From Candidatus Hadarchaeales archaeon (GTDB taxonomy: Archaea; Hadarchaeota; Hadarchaeia; Hadarchaeales; JAWBSP01), in assembly GCA_038842485.1 (NCBI GenBank), contig JAWBSP010000001.1:20269-84268 (forward strand): a DNA stretch of 64,000 nucleotides, written 5' to 3'. Each line of letters begins with the position of its first letter. Position 1 is the first letter of the stretch. A program made the position numbers and the translations under genes. Below are positions 36,638 to 44,910 of this stretch, piece after piece. The notes beneath the pieces are model-generated. The model saw nothing but the letters and a program-made list of their open reading frames with translations. It did no database searches and was not told the origin of the DNA.

Positions 36638-37874
36638 GGAGCTTTACCCTCACCGTTTCGCCCGCTCTGAGTCTCTCGATCTCAACCGGGATGCTGATAT
36701 ATCCGTCCGCCAGACCCAGCAGGTTTATGGCGTCGGATCCCTGCCTGAGGGGAACGGCTTCCAGTTCCTTTTCCCCGCGTAGCTTCACCAGCACGAATTC
36801 TTCCCTTCCCCGCTCGGATGATAGGTCGACCGAAAGCTTGGCATGAACCATCTCCTCTTTCATCCGTGCCCCCCGCAGTTTGAGGAGGTAGGGGGCCACC
36901 AGCTCCCGGAAGACGAAAAAGGCCGAGAGGGGGTTTCCCGGTAGCCCGAAGACCGGTTTCCCCCTCACCAAGGCGAAGAGGGTGGGCTTGCCGGGTTTGA
37001 TGGCTAGTCCGTGGAAAAGGGCTGGAAGAATCGAGGGAAGGAGATCACCAGTGCCCGCGGAGGTACCCCCAGTGATGAGCAAAAGGTCGCACTCCCTCAG
37101 TCCTCTCTCTATCCTCCCTCTGAGAACTTTGAGCTCGTCCGGTGCAATTCCTAACCAAAGTGGGCGGCAGCCAATTTCCTTGAGCGCGGCACAGAGCATA
37201 GGACCGTTGACATCGTGGACCTTCCCGGGCGCCAACCTCCCACCGGCCTCCACCAGCTCGTTCCCCGTCGAGAGCACGCCTACGCGGGGAGGAAGGAAAA
37301 CGCGAACCCTTCTAACTCCGGCAGCCACGAGCACGCCCAGTCTCTGGTGGTTGAGCTCCTCCCCTTTTCTCGCGAGGATTTGCCCCCTCCTGATTCTGGA
37401 ACCCCTCCTCACCACATTCTCTCCGGGGGCCACCGGGCGGTAGATTTTGACCATCGCCTTCTCTTCCGCGAACTCTGAGGGGACCACCGCGTCAGCCCCC
37501 CGAGGCATAGGGGCGCCGGTTTCGATTCTCAGGCAGGTTCCCGGTCTGATTCTTTGCTTGGGGATTTCTCCTGCTTTTACTTTCCCCAGCAGCTTGAGGA
37601 GTACTGGTTTTTCCTCGTCGGCCTCCACGGTGTCGCAGGCTCTGAGTGCGTATCCGTCCATCGCCGCCCGGTCGAAGGGTGGAAAATCAATGGCCGCTCT
37701 CACCTCCCGGCTGAGAACCATTCCCGCAGCCTCCCGCACCTTCACCCAGCCGCTTTTGGGGCGCATCCTCCAGTTCTTTTCAATTTCCTCCCGGGCCCGC
37801 GAGAGGTCGACGACCCGAAACATCAGAAAAATGTTTTCCCTCTTCAAACGGGTTCTCAAAACACCCCTCAACAA
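36627..37874 (-). CDS. moeA: MoeA paralogue (molybdopterin metal transferase)
   Basis: Three-domain MoeA architecture with the GGTSAGTGD MoCF loop. Second copy in the window. Confidence 0.85.
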   Translation of the reverse strand: MLRGVLRTRLKRENIFLMFRVVDLSRAREEIEKNWRMRPKSGWVKVREAAGMVLSREVRAAIDFPPFDRAAMDGYALRACDTVEADEEKPVLLKLLGKVKAGEIPKQRIRPGTCLRIETGAPMPRGADAVVPSEFAEEKAMVKIYRPVAPGENVVRRGSRIRRGQILARKGEELNHQRLGVLVAAGVRRVRVFLPPRVGVLSTGNELVEAGGRLAPGKVHDVNGPMLCAALKEIGCRPLWLGIAPDELKVLRGRIERGLRECDLLLITGGTSAGTGDLLPSILPALFHGLAIKPGKPTLFALVRGKPVFGLPGNPLSAFFVFRELVAPYLLKLRGARMKEEMVHAKLSVDLSSERGREEFVLVKLRGEKELEAVPLRQGSDAINLLGLADGYISIPVEIERLRAGETVRVKLLAR

Positions 37875-37903
37875 AAAGTATTAATAACAACGAGGAAGGA
37901 AAA

Positions 37904-38266
37904 ATGGTAAAACCGCGTTTTGTGATGTGTATTTGTACTGGCGAATGTCCTGGGTTCAAGGACCTTAACGTTTGGAAGCTGATAAACTATGTTAGAAATG
38001 AACTCGACGTAGAATATGCCATTGTGCACCCCCAGCTTTGTGTGGACGATGGAGATAGATTCTGGAGGGATATAATAAAACCTGGGGCCATCTATATAGT
38101 CGGCGGCTGCGATCCTAGGATGCAACGAAAAATGTTTTCGCAAACTTTCAATGAGAGCGGAGGCGACTTTGATAAGCAGGTTGTAAGTTTGGACTTGAGA
38201 GGCCTAACCACGGAAGCCGCTATGGAGAAAGTGAGGGGCGCTTTTCAGCAGCTTGGGGGTAGGTAA
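37904..38266 (+). CDS. MvhD/FlpD-like small iron-sulfur protein (degenerate)
   Basis: N-terminal Cys cluster FVMCICTGEC. QLCVDDG…GAIYIVGGC resembles the MvhD core but lacks the HxGDCHY segment. GC visibly lower than the flanks. Confidence 0.45.
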   Translation: MVKPRFVMCICTGECPGFKDLNVWKLINYVRNELDVEYAIVHPQLCVDDGDRFWRDIIKPGAIYIVGGCDPRMQRKMFSQTFNESGGDFDKQVVSLDLRGLTTEAAMEKVRGAFQQLGGR

Positions 38267-38540
38267 AATGCAGCCCATCCCGCGAGAGAAGATCCCGTGG
38301 TTTCCCAAGATAGATTATCAAAAATGTATAGGGTGTAAACAGTGCTTCAATTTCTGTCGTAACCAGGTTTTTGAATGGGAAGAGGGAAATCCTTCGCACC
38401 CCAAGGTAGCAAATCCTTACAATTGTGTTGTGGGATGTAGCGCTTGCGCCAAACTCTGCTCACAGGGGGCGATCCGTTTTCCAACCATGGAGGAACTAAG
38501 AACTCTTATAAGAGAACTGCGGGCGGAAGGTAGGGTCTAA
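38253..38540 (+). CDS. 2x[4Fe-4S] ferredoxin
   Basis: CIGCKQCFNFC and CVVGCSACAKLC. Its start overlaps the upstream gene. Low GC. Confidence 0.7.
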   Translation: MGVGKMQPIPREKIPWFPKIDYQKCIGCKQCFNFCRNQVFEWEEGNPSHPKVANPYNCVVGCSACAKLCSQGAIRFPTMEELRTLIRELRAEGRV

Positions 38541-38622
38541 AGCGGTCAAACATACGGTGTGTTATCACACATTAGTTGAGAGGAGATGTACACGAATTAA
38601 TCAGGGGCGTCCTAATAATTTT

Positions 38623-38676
38623 GGCGATGATGAGACCGGGTTAGGGAAACGTGAACGAAACCCAAGCTGCTGAGCC
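38623..38676 (+). ncRNA. candidate C/D-box sRNA
   Basis: C box AUGAUGA at 38627–38633. D box CUGA at 38670–38673. Short terminal complementarity GGC…GCC. Length ~54 nt. Internal C'/D' boxes are weak. Confidence 0.35.
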
Positions 38677-39074
38677 TAGACGGTCAGGTCAACACCTAGT
38701 TCCTTTGCCTTCTTCAGGAGTTCGGAGTACTGGGCTTTGATCCTCTCCCTCTCGAGTTCGGTCACTCTCTCGGAAAAGCTCAGGTTTATGCTCTCCTTGG
38801 GGGTCAGGTCGAAGATTTCCATCTTCAGCGAGAGGGGCACGAACTCCCCTTTTGGGCCGAGCTCATAGCTCAGCGATAGCCTGGCCGGCAACTCGGTGGC
38901 CCCTCGCTTGTTGAGTTCCTCGATGAGCTTTGACACCAGCTCCTTCCAAGCTGTTAGGCTTGCTTCCCTGGCCTCCGTGGGGGTGCTGGAGTAGACCGAG
39001 GCGTAGAACCATCTCTTCAGTCTGAAGATGGCACCCTTTCCAGTGGGCGAGATCCTAAATCTCTGTTCTGGCAT
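38676..39074 (-). CDS. hypothetical protein
   Basis: Start trimmed to the internal ATG (39074), because the listed N-terminus overlaps tRNA-Glu. No motif recognised. Confidence 0.35.
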   Translation of the reverse strand: MPEQRFRISPTGKGAIFRLKRWFYASVYSSTPTEAREASLTAWKELVSKLIEELNKRGATELPARLSLSYELGPKGEFVPLSLKMEIFDLTPKESINLSFSERVTELERERIKAQYSELLKKAKELGVDLTV

Positions 39075-39103
39075 CAACGCTTGCGGGTGGGGATAAAAAA
39101 GGG

Positions 39104-39178
39104 TGCCCCGGGCGGGATTTGAACCCGCGGCGGTGGCTCGAGAGGCCACTATGTTTGACCGGGCTACACCACCGGGGC
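39104..39178 (-). tRNA. tRNA-Glu (anticodon CUC)
   Basis: Cloverleaf by eye: acceptor GCCCCGG, D-loop GTGTAGCCCGGTCAAACAT, anticodon loop CUCUCGA, T-loop GGGTTCAAATCCC. No encoded CCA. Confidence 0.9.
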
Positions 39179-39179
39179 A

Positions 39180-39255
39180 CGGGCCCGGAGGGATTCGAAC
39201 CCTCGATCTGCGGCTTAGGACGCCGCCGCCCTATCCTGGCTAGGCCACGGGCCCC
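39180..39255 (-). tRNA. tRNA-Arg (anticodon CCU, probable)
   Basis: Acceptor GGGCCCG. Anticodon stem GCGGC/GCCGC with loop GUCCUAA (unusual G32). T-loop GGGTTCGAATCCC. Only 1 nt separates it from tRNA-Glu. Confidence 0.7.
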
Positions 39256-39264
39256 CAAAATACT

Positions 39265-39272
39265 TTTAAAGG
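39265..39272 (+). promoter_or_regulatory. TATA-like box ~25 nt upstream of the 39294 ATG
   Basis: CTTTAAAG is 22–29 nt upstream of the ATG at 39294, implying a leaderless transcript. Confidence 0.3.
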
Positions 39273-39293
39273 GAGAAACAAAAGGGGATAAGC

Positions 39294-39617
39294 ATGGGAG
39301 CGACAAGAGCGCTGGGAGCTCTGCTGACCTTGGTGTGCGCAGTGGTTTTCGTTCTGTACGTACTATTCGCAGTGGGGCGAGCTCTCGACCTAAAGAACTC
39401 TTTGCCGTCTTGGTTACTTTTCACACAAACTGCAGAAGTTGTGCCGGTTATGATCTGGTTGCCAGTGACTATAGGGATCTGGGTAGTGTGCGGTCTGGGT
39501 GCCTGGCTCGGCTGGATCATGGCCACCACGAAGGAAGTTGCACCGGTTCCGGTAGAGAAGGAAGAGAAGACAAAGGAGAAAGAAGAGAAGGCAGGGAAGG
39601 CGGAGAAAAAAGAGTAA
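39294..39617 (+). CDS. small membrane protein with K/E-rich C-terminal tail
   Basis: Two or three TM helices followed by EKEEKTKEKEEKAGKAEKKE. Confidence 0.4.
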   Translation: MGATRALGALLTLVCAVVFVLYVLFAVGRALDLKNSLPSWLLFTQTAEVVPVMIWLPVTIGIWVVCGLGAWLGWIMATTKEVAPVPVEKEEKTKEKEEKAGKAEKKE

Positions 39618-39638
39618 TCGTAGGTCTCCAGAGCTTGG

Positions 39639-41990
39639 ATGAAGGTGAATGTGCGCCGATGGGCTATTTTGATCTATCTGCTGGGGCTGATGGCTTTCTC
39701 CCTTCACGTCCTCCTAATTCCGGGTGAGAAGTACAAGGTCCTCACCACCTCCGACTCGGGTTACTTCGCCGGAATCGCAGAGGAGCTCGATCAGAAGAAT
39801 GGTTTTATTGAGCGCTACTCACGCTCTCATTCGCCCGACGGTTGGCCAATCAGCGTCCAAGATCAAGCACAGCCCCTCCTCGCCGTCCTGCTTCACCGGG
39901 GAATCTCCTCCGTTCTTCCGGGGGTGGGGCTAATAGATGTTATAAACTGTTGGTCACCCCTCCTCTTCTGCGGGTTTCTTGTGCTGGTTTTCCTCATCAC
40001 TCAGGAGCTCGCTGGGGATCTCGCTGGGTGCGCGGCCGCTTTCCTTGCAAGCGTGCTGGCTGGAAGTATCTACTGGTGCAAGTTTGCCGCCTTCGACAGA
40101 GAGGCTCTAATCACCGTCCTTTCCTGCGCGACGGTCTATCTGAGTATCCTTACCTTCAAGCACTCCAGCCCAGCCATGGGTGTCCTAACCGGTCTCGTTT
40201 ACTCTCTTCTGGTCCTCTCGTGGGGGGGCTGGTCATACCTCACCCCGGCCATCTTGGGTGCTCTCCTCCTCCTGTTGCTCCACGACTACCTCTTGGGTTT
40301 GTTCAAAGAGAGGCGTTTCTTCTCGCTCATCTTCTCCACTCTACGCAGGCATCAGAGGCTAATCCTAAGCACAGCATGTCTTTTCATCACCGTGACGGTG
40401 GCTTCGAGAATGCTGGGGAACCCTCCTGATTGGGGCGGAATTGCTAGGATGTTACTCGGATACGTGGGTATTGGGGGCGGTTATGGAGGCGCCGGGATTA
40501 CCGCGAGATATGCTTCGGAGATGGCGGCCCCAGGCTCTTTTGGGGAGATCCTTTCCAAGATGTATTTCGATAATGTTCTCAATCGGATAGCGTTGGTTCT
40601 CCTCGGGCTCGGCATCCTGAAGGTTCTGTGGACGCGCAGAAGGTGGGAGTGGATTCTCTTATCCTGGCTGGTGATTCTCATGGGTCTGGTCTGGCCGGGG
40701 AGAGGGCAGGCTAGGTTCGACAGGCTGTGGTGGCCCTTCGTGGTTGTGGCCGCTGGAGCTGGAGTCGGGGCCCTAGTGTCCGGCTTCAGGTGGTTGGCAA
40801 GGGAGTGGCAGGAGGCCTCACGTGTTCTGAAGGTCCTCCCCTTCCTGCTGGTCTTTCTCTTTCTTCCCTTCGCTAACAACGCAGTCGCTCAAGCCCAGCG
40901 CACCACTCCCCCGACCGAGTGGGCCGGACGAGGGTTCGACCAAGCCTACACCGAACTATGCCGCTGGCTCGAGAACAACACCCCGCCCAACACCACAGTG
41001 GCCATCGAGTGGTCGTACGGGCACCTCCTCACCGGCGCTTCTAAAAGGAGGAGCGTTTGCGATGGGGTTGAGTGCTTGGGCAGGGAGGGGGAGTGGGAGA
41101 ATGCCCCCCTTCCCGCCAAGCCCCCTGACTACATCGTTGACCGTCAGGGCCGCATCTATGGGGTGGATACTAGGCTGCTCGATTTGGAGCCCTACAGAAT
41201 TTATGGGAGGAGGACGGATGTGCTCAGAATACCCTACATGGACTCGGCTGAGCTCGCCTGGTTCCTCTGGACATACTGGGATAATTTCGGGGTGAAAATA
41301 GACTACCTCGCCCTCGACTTCTGGGATTACTGGAATGCCTCTTGGGTGGACAGGAACCTGCATTTCCTGTACACGGTTCGGTCCCCTCCCCTCCGGAACT
41401 ACATACCGCCATCGGAGGAGCGGGAAAACCTCCTGATTCTTCACTTCGGCGAGAACAGGGAGAACGTGGTAATAAACTACTCCACCCAGACCGCCTACCT
41501 TCAAGTGAGAGAAGGTCCGGATCTCCTCTTCGACGGGTACATCGAGGCTTCCTTCGATCAGGAGGGTAACTTTCAGCAGTCTACCTTCCACTCACCGCCA
41601 CGATCCCCAGACTTGCCTGAAACCGTGCTTATCTGGAAGGTAGACGGTTCCGTAAGGGGGGCCCAGATCTACCGCTCGAGAGTCCGGGAGGTGGAAGCTC
41701 GCGGGCCTAGCATGGGAGTCATAGCCTTTGGAGGCGGAGGGGAGGGGAGCCGTCCCGACTTCGTGGAACCAGCCTTCTTCAGCAGCAATTTTTTGGTGGT
41801 TCTCCTGCGCGTGCTGTGGGATCGGGTTCCACTCGCCATGCGGCCACCACCAGCACCCAAGGGAGGAACCGAAAGCTGGTCGGCCGCACTGGCCTCTTCC
41901 CCTGGTTGGTTCAAACTTGAGGAACTCTCTTCCACCGTCCGCTCCACGAGTGGATATTGGTCCACGGTGGAGAGCATGAGGAGTGGCTGA
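39639..41990 (+). CDS. GT-C-fold membrane glycosyltransferase, STT3/AglB-like candidate
   Basis: ~13 N-terminal TM helices followed by a large soluble domain. EWSYGH sits just after the TM region where AglB has WWDYG(H). First loop carries TTSDSGYF. 783 aa. Confidence 0.45.
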   Translation: MKVNVRRWAILIYLLGLMAFSLHVLLIPGEKYKVLTTSDSGYFAGIAEELDQKNGFIERYSRSHSPDGWPISVQDQAQPLLAVLLHRGISSVLPGVGLIDVINCWSPLLFCGFLVLVFLITQELAGDLAGCAAAFLASVLAGSIYWCKFAAFDREALITVLSCATVYLSILTFKHSSPAMGVLTGLVYSLLVLSWGGWSYLTPAILGALLLLLLHDYLLGLFKERRFFSLIFSTLRRHQRLILSTACLFITVTVASRMLGNPPDWGGIARMLLGYVGIGGGYGGAGITARYASEMAAPGSFGEILSKMYFDNVLNRIALVLLGLGILKVLWTRRRWEWILLSWLVILMGLVWPGRGQARFDRLWWPFVVVAAGAGVGALVSGFRWLAREWQEASRVLKVLPFLLVFLFLPFANNAVAQAQRTTPPTEWAGRGFDQAYTELCRWLENNTPPNTTVAIEWSYGHLLTGASKRRSVCDGVECLGREGEWENAPLPAKPPDYIVDRQGRIYGVDTRLLDLEPYRIYGRRTDVLRIPYMDSAELAWFLWTYWDNFGVKIDYLALDFWDYWNASWVDRNLHFLYTVRSPPLRNYIPPSEERENLLILHFGENRENVVINYSTQTAYLQVREGPDLLFDGYIEASFDQEGNFQQSTFHSPPRSPDLPETVLIWKVDGSVRGAQIYRSRVREVEARGPSMGVIAFGGGGEGSRPDFVEPAFFSSNFLVVLLRVLWDRVPLAMRPPPAPKGGTESWSAALASSPGWFKLEELSSTVRSTSGYWSTVESMRSG

Positions 41991-43234
41991 TGCAGCGGGC
42001 GAAAGGAACTAGGGATCTGTTCGGGAGGGAGCTCAGGGCCCAGAGGCGCGTGATCGAGGTCCTCTCCGGGGTCTTCAGTAGGTATGGGTTCAGGGAGGTG
42101 GAGACTCCCGTGTTCGAGCCCCTTGAGCTCTTCACCCTCCGGAGCGGGGAGAGCATCGTTAGCCAGCTCTACTCCTTCCAAGATAAGTCAGGGAACTGGT
42201 TGGCTCTCAGACCTGAGCTCACCGCCCCCGTGGCTAGGCTGTACTGCGAGCGGTTCAGGTCGGAGCCAAAACCAGTAAAGCTGTGCTACTTCGGGAGCTG
42301 TTTCAGGTATGAGGAGCCCCAAGCAGGGAGGTGGAGGCAGTTTCACCAGGCCGGGGTCGAGATCATAGGGAGTTCTCTCCCGGCCTCGGATGCGGAGGTG
42401 GTGGAAATGGCCGACGAGGCCTTTGAGGAGCTCGGAATAAGAAGGAGGTTGGTACTCGGTCAGATTGCCATTCTGAGGGAAACCCTCAGGCGGTCGGGGG
42501 TGGAGGAGGTCGCCCAAGATCCCATTCTTCGCGCTATTGACTCGGGCGAGGAGAGGAGACTGGAGGGCGAGCTGGAAAGGGCCAGGGTCCCGCAGGAGGA
42601 CCGTACCAAGATCAAGCGACTTGTCGCTCTCAAGGGTGGGAAGGGGATTCTGGAGCAGGCTGAGAGGCTGGTGCAGGATTCTGGCGTGGCGCTCGGGGCC
42701 CTGCGGAACCTTAGGGAGATCACAGAACTCTTGGATGAAGTTGGGGTGAGGTACGAGCTGGATCTTGGGATCGCGAGGGGGCTGGACTACTACACCGGAA
42801 GCGTTTTCGAGTTTTACGCGGAGCAGTGGCAGGTGGCTGGAGGGGGGAGGTACGACGGGCTCATCGGGCTGGTGGGAGGGGAGCAGGTCCCGGCTGTGGG
42901 CATAGGATTTGGGATAGACAGGATCTCTCTCCTGCTGGAGGTGGAGGATGAGCCTGCGCCTGATTTGGTTGTGCTTCCCGCGGGGTCTGGCTTGCTCAAA
43001 GAGTGTTTCAAACTGGCGAGGGACCTGAGGCGAAGGGGCCTCCGAGTGGAGGTGGATTTGCTCGGGAGAAAGCTCGGCAAGGGCCTTGAGTATGCAAGTG
43101 CCCGCGGCGCCGCGAGGGTTGTGATCGTTGGGGCCAAGGATCTGCAGCACGGGAAGGTCACCCTCAGGGACATGCGGACAGGGGAGCAGCTGCTTGTGGG
43201 GTTGGACGAGCTGGCCGAGGAGCTTAAAACCTGA
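41990..43234 (+). CDS. hisS: histidyl-tRNA synthetase
   Basis: N-terminus MQRAKGTRDLFG. Class II motifs and C-terminal anticodon-binding domain. Start at the ATG overlapping the upstream TGA (TGATG). Confidence 0.9.
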   Translation: MQRAKGTRDLFGRELRAQRRVIEVLSGVFSRYGFREVETPVFEPLELFTLRSGESIVSQLYSFQDKSGNWLALRPELTAPVARLYCERFRSEPKPVKLCYFGSCFRYEEPQAGRWRQFHQAGVEIIGSSLPASDAEVVEMADEAFEELGIRRRLVLGQIAILRETLRRSGVEEVAQDPILRAIDSGEERRLEGELERARVPQEDRTKIKRLVALKGGKGILEQAERLVQDSGVALGALRNLREITELLDEVGVRYELDLGIARGLDYYTGSVFEFYAEQWQVAGGGRYDGLIGLVGGEQVPAVGIGFGIDRISLLLEVEDEPAPDLVVLPAGSGLLKECFKLARDLRRRGLRVEVDLLGRKLGKGLEYASARGAARVVIVGAKDLQHGKVTLRDMRTGEQLLVGLDELAEELKT

Positions 43235-44057
43235 CCCCCCTTTTCTCGAAGAACTCTCGCATGAGCAGGGAGTCCCTCTCCAGCGCGGGGCTTTCGCTGA
43301 TGATGGTTATATCCACCTTACGTTTGAGAATTTCTTCCCCCAGTGGCTCGAAGGGCGGTTTCCCGGCGGGCATCTCGAGGTGGTGGTCCTCATTTCCCTT
43401 TCCCGGCCCGACCACCCTGAATTCCACTCCCGTGAAGTGCGTGTGCAGGTGCTTGAGGTGCCGAACCCTCTCGAACACCTCGCCCCACTTCACCTCCCCC
43501 GCCGATCTAGCGTAGAGGTGGGCCCAGTCGACCACAGGGACGCATCCCTCCACCTCTCTCGAAACCGTCAAGATCTCCTCCAAGGTACCGAAGGTTTTCT
43601 GCTTTCCCATGGTTTCCAGACCTAGGCACACTTCCTCCATTCTAGCCTTCTCCATCCTTTTTCTGAGGTCGGTGCAGGCTTCCACCACCGCCTCGAGCGC
43701 CTGCTGGGGGGTGAGCTTTCCGTAGAAGCCCGGGTGGAAGACCACGAGGTCGGCCCCCATCGCGTGCGCCCTGTCCGCCGAGTCCAGAATCCTCCGTTTT
43801 GAGGCCTCCAGCTTCACTTTTTCGACAGAGCACAGATTCACGAAGTAGGGGCAGTGAACGGAGAGTCTGACGCCCAGTTTTCTCGCCTCGATCCCCACCT
43901 TTCTCGCCATTTCCCTCCCCATGCTCACGCCCCTGACGAACTCTACCTCCATGGCGTTCAGGCCCAGTTCGGCAACTCTTCTCACCCCTCCGATGGTGCT
44001 CTTGTCGGATGCAGTCAGGGGCACACCCGCTGGTCCCAGATAGATCATCAAAACCAC
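43224..44057 (-). CDS. nfo: endonuclease IV-like (xylose-isomerase TIM-barrel) AP endonuclease
   Basis: HCPYFVNL (compare Nfo HAPYLINL) and multiple His/Glu metal ligands, 277 aa. Confidence 0.75.
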   Translation of the reverse strand: MVLMIYLGPAGVPLTASDKSTIGGVRRVAELGLNAMEVEFVRGVSMGREMARKVGIEARKLGVRLSVHCPYFVNLCSVEKVKLEASKRRILDSADRAHAMGADLVVFHPGFYGKLTPQQALEAVVEACTDLRKRMEKARMEEVCLGLETMGKQKTFGTLEEILTVSREVEGCVPVVDWAHLYARSAGEVKWGEVFERVRHLKHLHTHFTGVEFRVVGPGKGNEDHHLEMPAGKPPFEPLGEEILKRKVDITIISESPALERDSLLMREFFEKRGVRF

Positions 44058-44166
44058 CGTAGAGGGGGGTAATCACCCTTCTTGTTCACAATATCCATCG
44101 ATTTTCTGGCTTTCCGTTCCCGTATGGTTTGGCCCGCACTTTTCCCCACCGAGGGGAATATAAGGG

Positions 44167-44910
44167 ATGGCTCGACCCGTTCTCGTGAAGCTTGGGGGGA
44201 GCGTGATTACGGACAAGCACAGGCCCTTCTCCCTGAGGAGGCGGGTGCTCTACAGACTTGCGAGGGAGCTGCGCTCCGCGAGGGCTCCGGTCGTGCTGGT
44301 TCACGGTGGGGGATCGTTCGGCCACCCTCTGGTGCGGAAGTATGGGGGGAATCTGCTTGCTGGGTTTTTGAAGATCCACCAAGCCATGGTGAGGCTGAAC
44401 TCGGAGGTTATGGAAGCCCTGCACCGGGCAGGCATACCGGCCATTTCTCTCTCTCCTTCGTCCTTCATCCAACTCAAAGGCGGAGAGATTTACAAGTCCG
44501 AGCTCTTCTTGGTGAGGTGGCTGGTGAAGAGAGGGATGACCCCGGTGACCTATGGAGATGTCTTCCCCGACGGGAGAGGGGTGAGCATCCTCTCCGGAGA
44601 CAAGCTGGCCCGTTACCTCGCCCTAAAACTACACGCCAAGCTAGCGATCTTCTGTGTGGATGTGGATGGTATCTACTTGCAGGAGGAGGGAGGGATTACT
44701 CTGGCCAAGGAGTTCAGCGCCAAGGACCTGCCGAAGCTAGCAGAACTGCCAGGGGCCACCGATGTGACGGGTGGGATGAGGGGGAAGGTGGAGGAGCTGC
44801 TGAAGCTTGTGGAAGGAGGGGTGGATGTGCTCCTCATCAACGGGCTGAAAAAAGGCCTGCTTGCTAGGGCTTTGCGGGGAGATCGCGGGCTGGGGACGGC
44901 GATTTACTGA
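44167..44910 (+). CDS. ipk: isopentenyl phosphate kinase
   Basis: Amino-acid-kinase fold. N-terminus VLVKLGGSVITDK. ~247 aa. Confidence 0.8.
   Translation: MARPVLVKLGGSVITDKHRPFSLRRRVLYRLARELRSARAPVVLVHGGGSFGHPLVRKYGGNLLAGFLKIHQAMVRLNSEVMEALHRAGIPAISLSPSSFIQLKGGEIYKSELFLVRWLVKRGMTPVTYGDVFPDGRGVSILSGDKLARYLALKLHAKLAIFCVDVDGIYLQEEGGITLAKEFSAKDLPKLAELPGATDVTGGMRGKVEELLKLVEGGVDVLLINGLKKGLLARALRGDRGLGTAIY

Noticed and set aside
38560-39300. Searched for CRISPR arrays or integrase near the tRNA cluster and the low-GC patch
   Set aside because: There are no direct repeats with regular spacing and no integrase or transposase-like ORF anywhere in the window.
44082-44867. 261-aa ORF overlapping ipk in another frame
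   Set aside because: ipk has clear amino-acid-kinase motifs. The alternate frame is Gly/Arg/Ala-rich noise.
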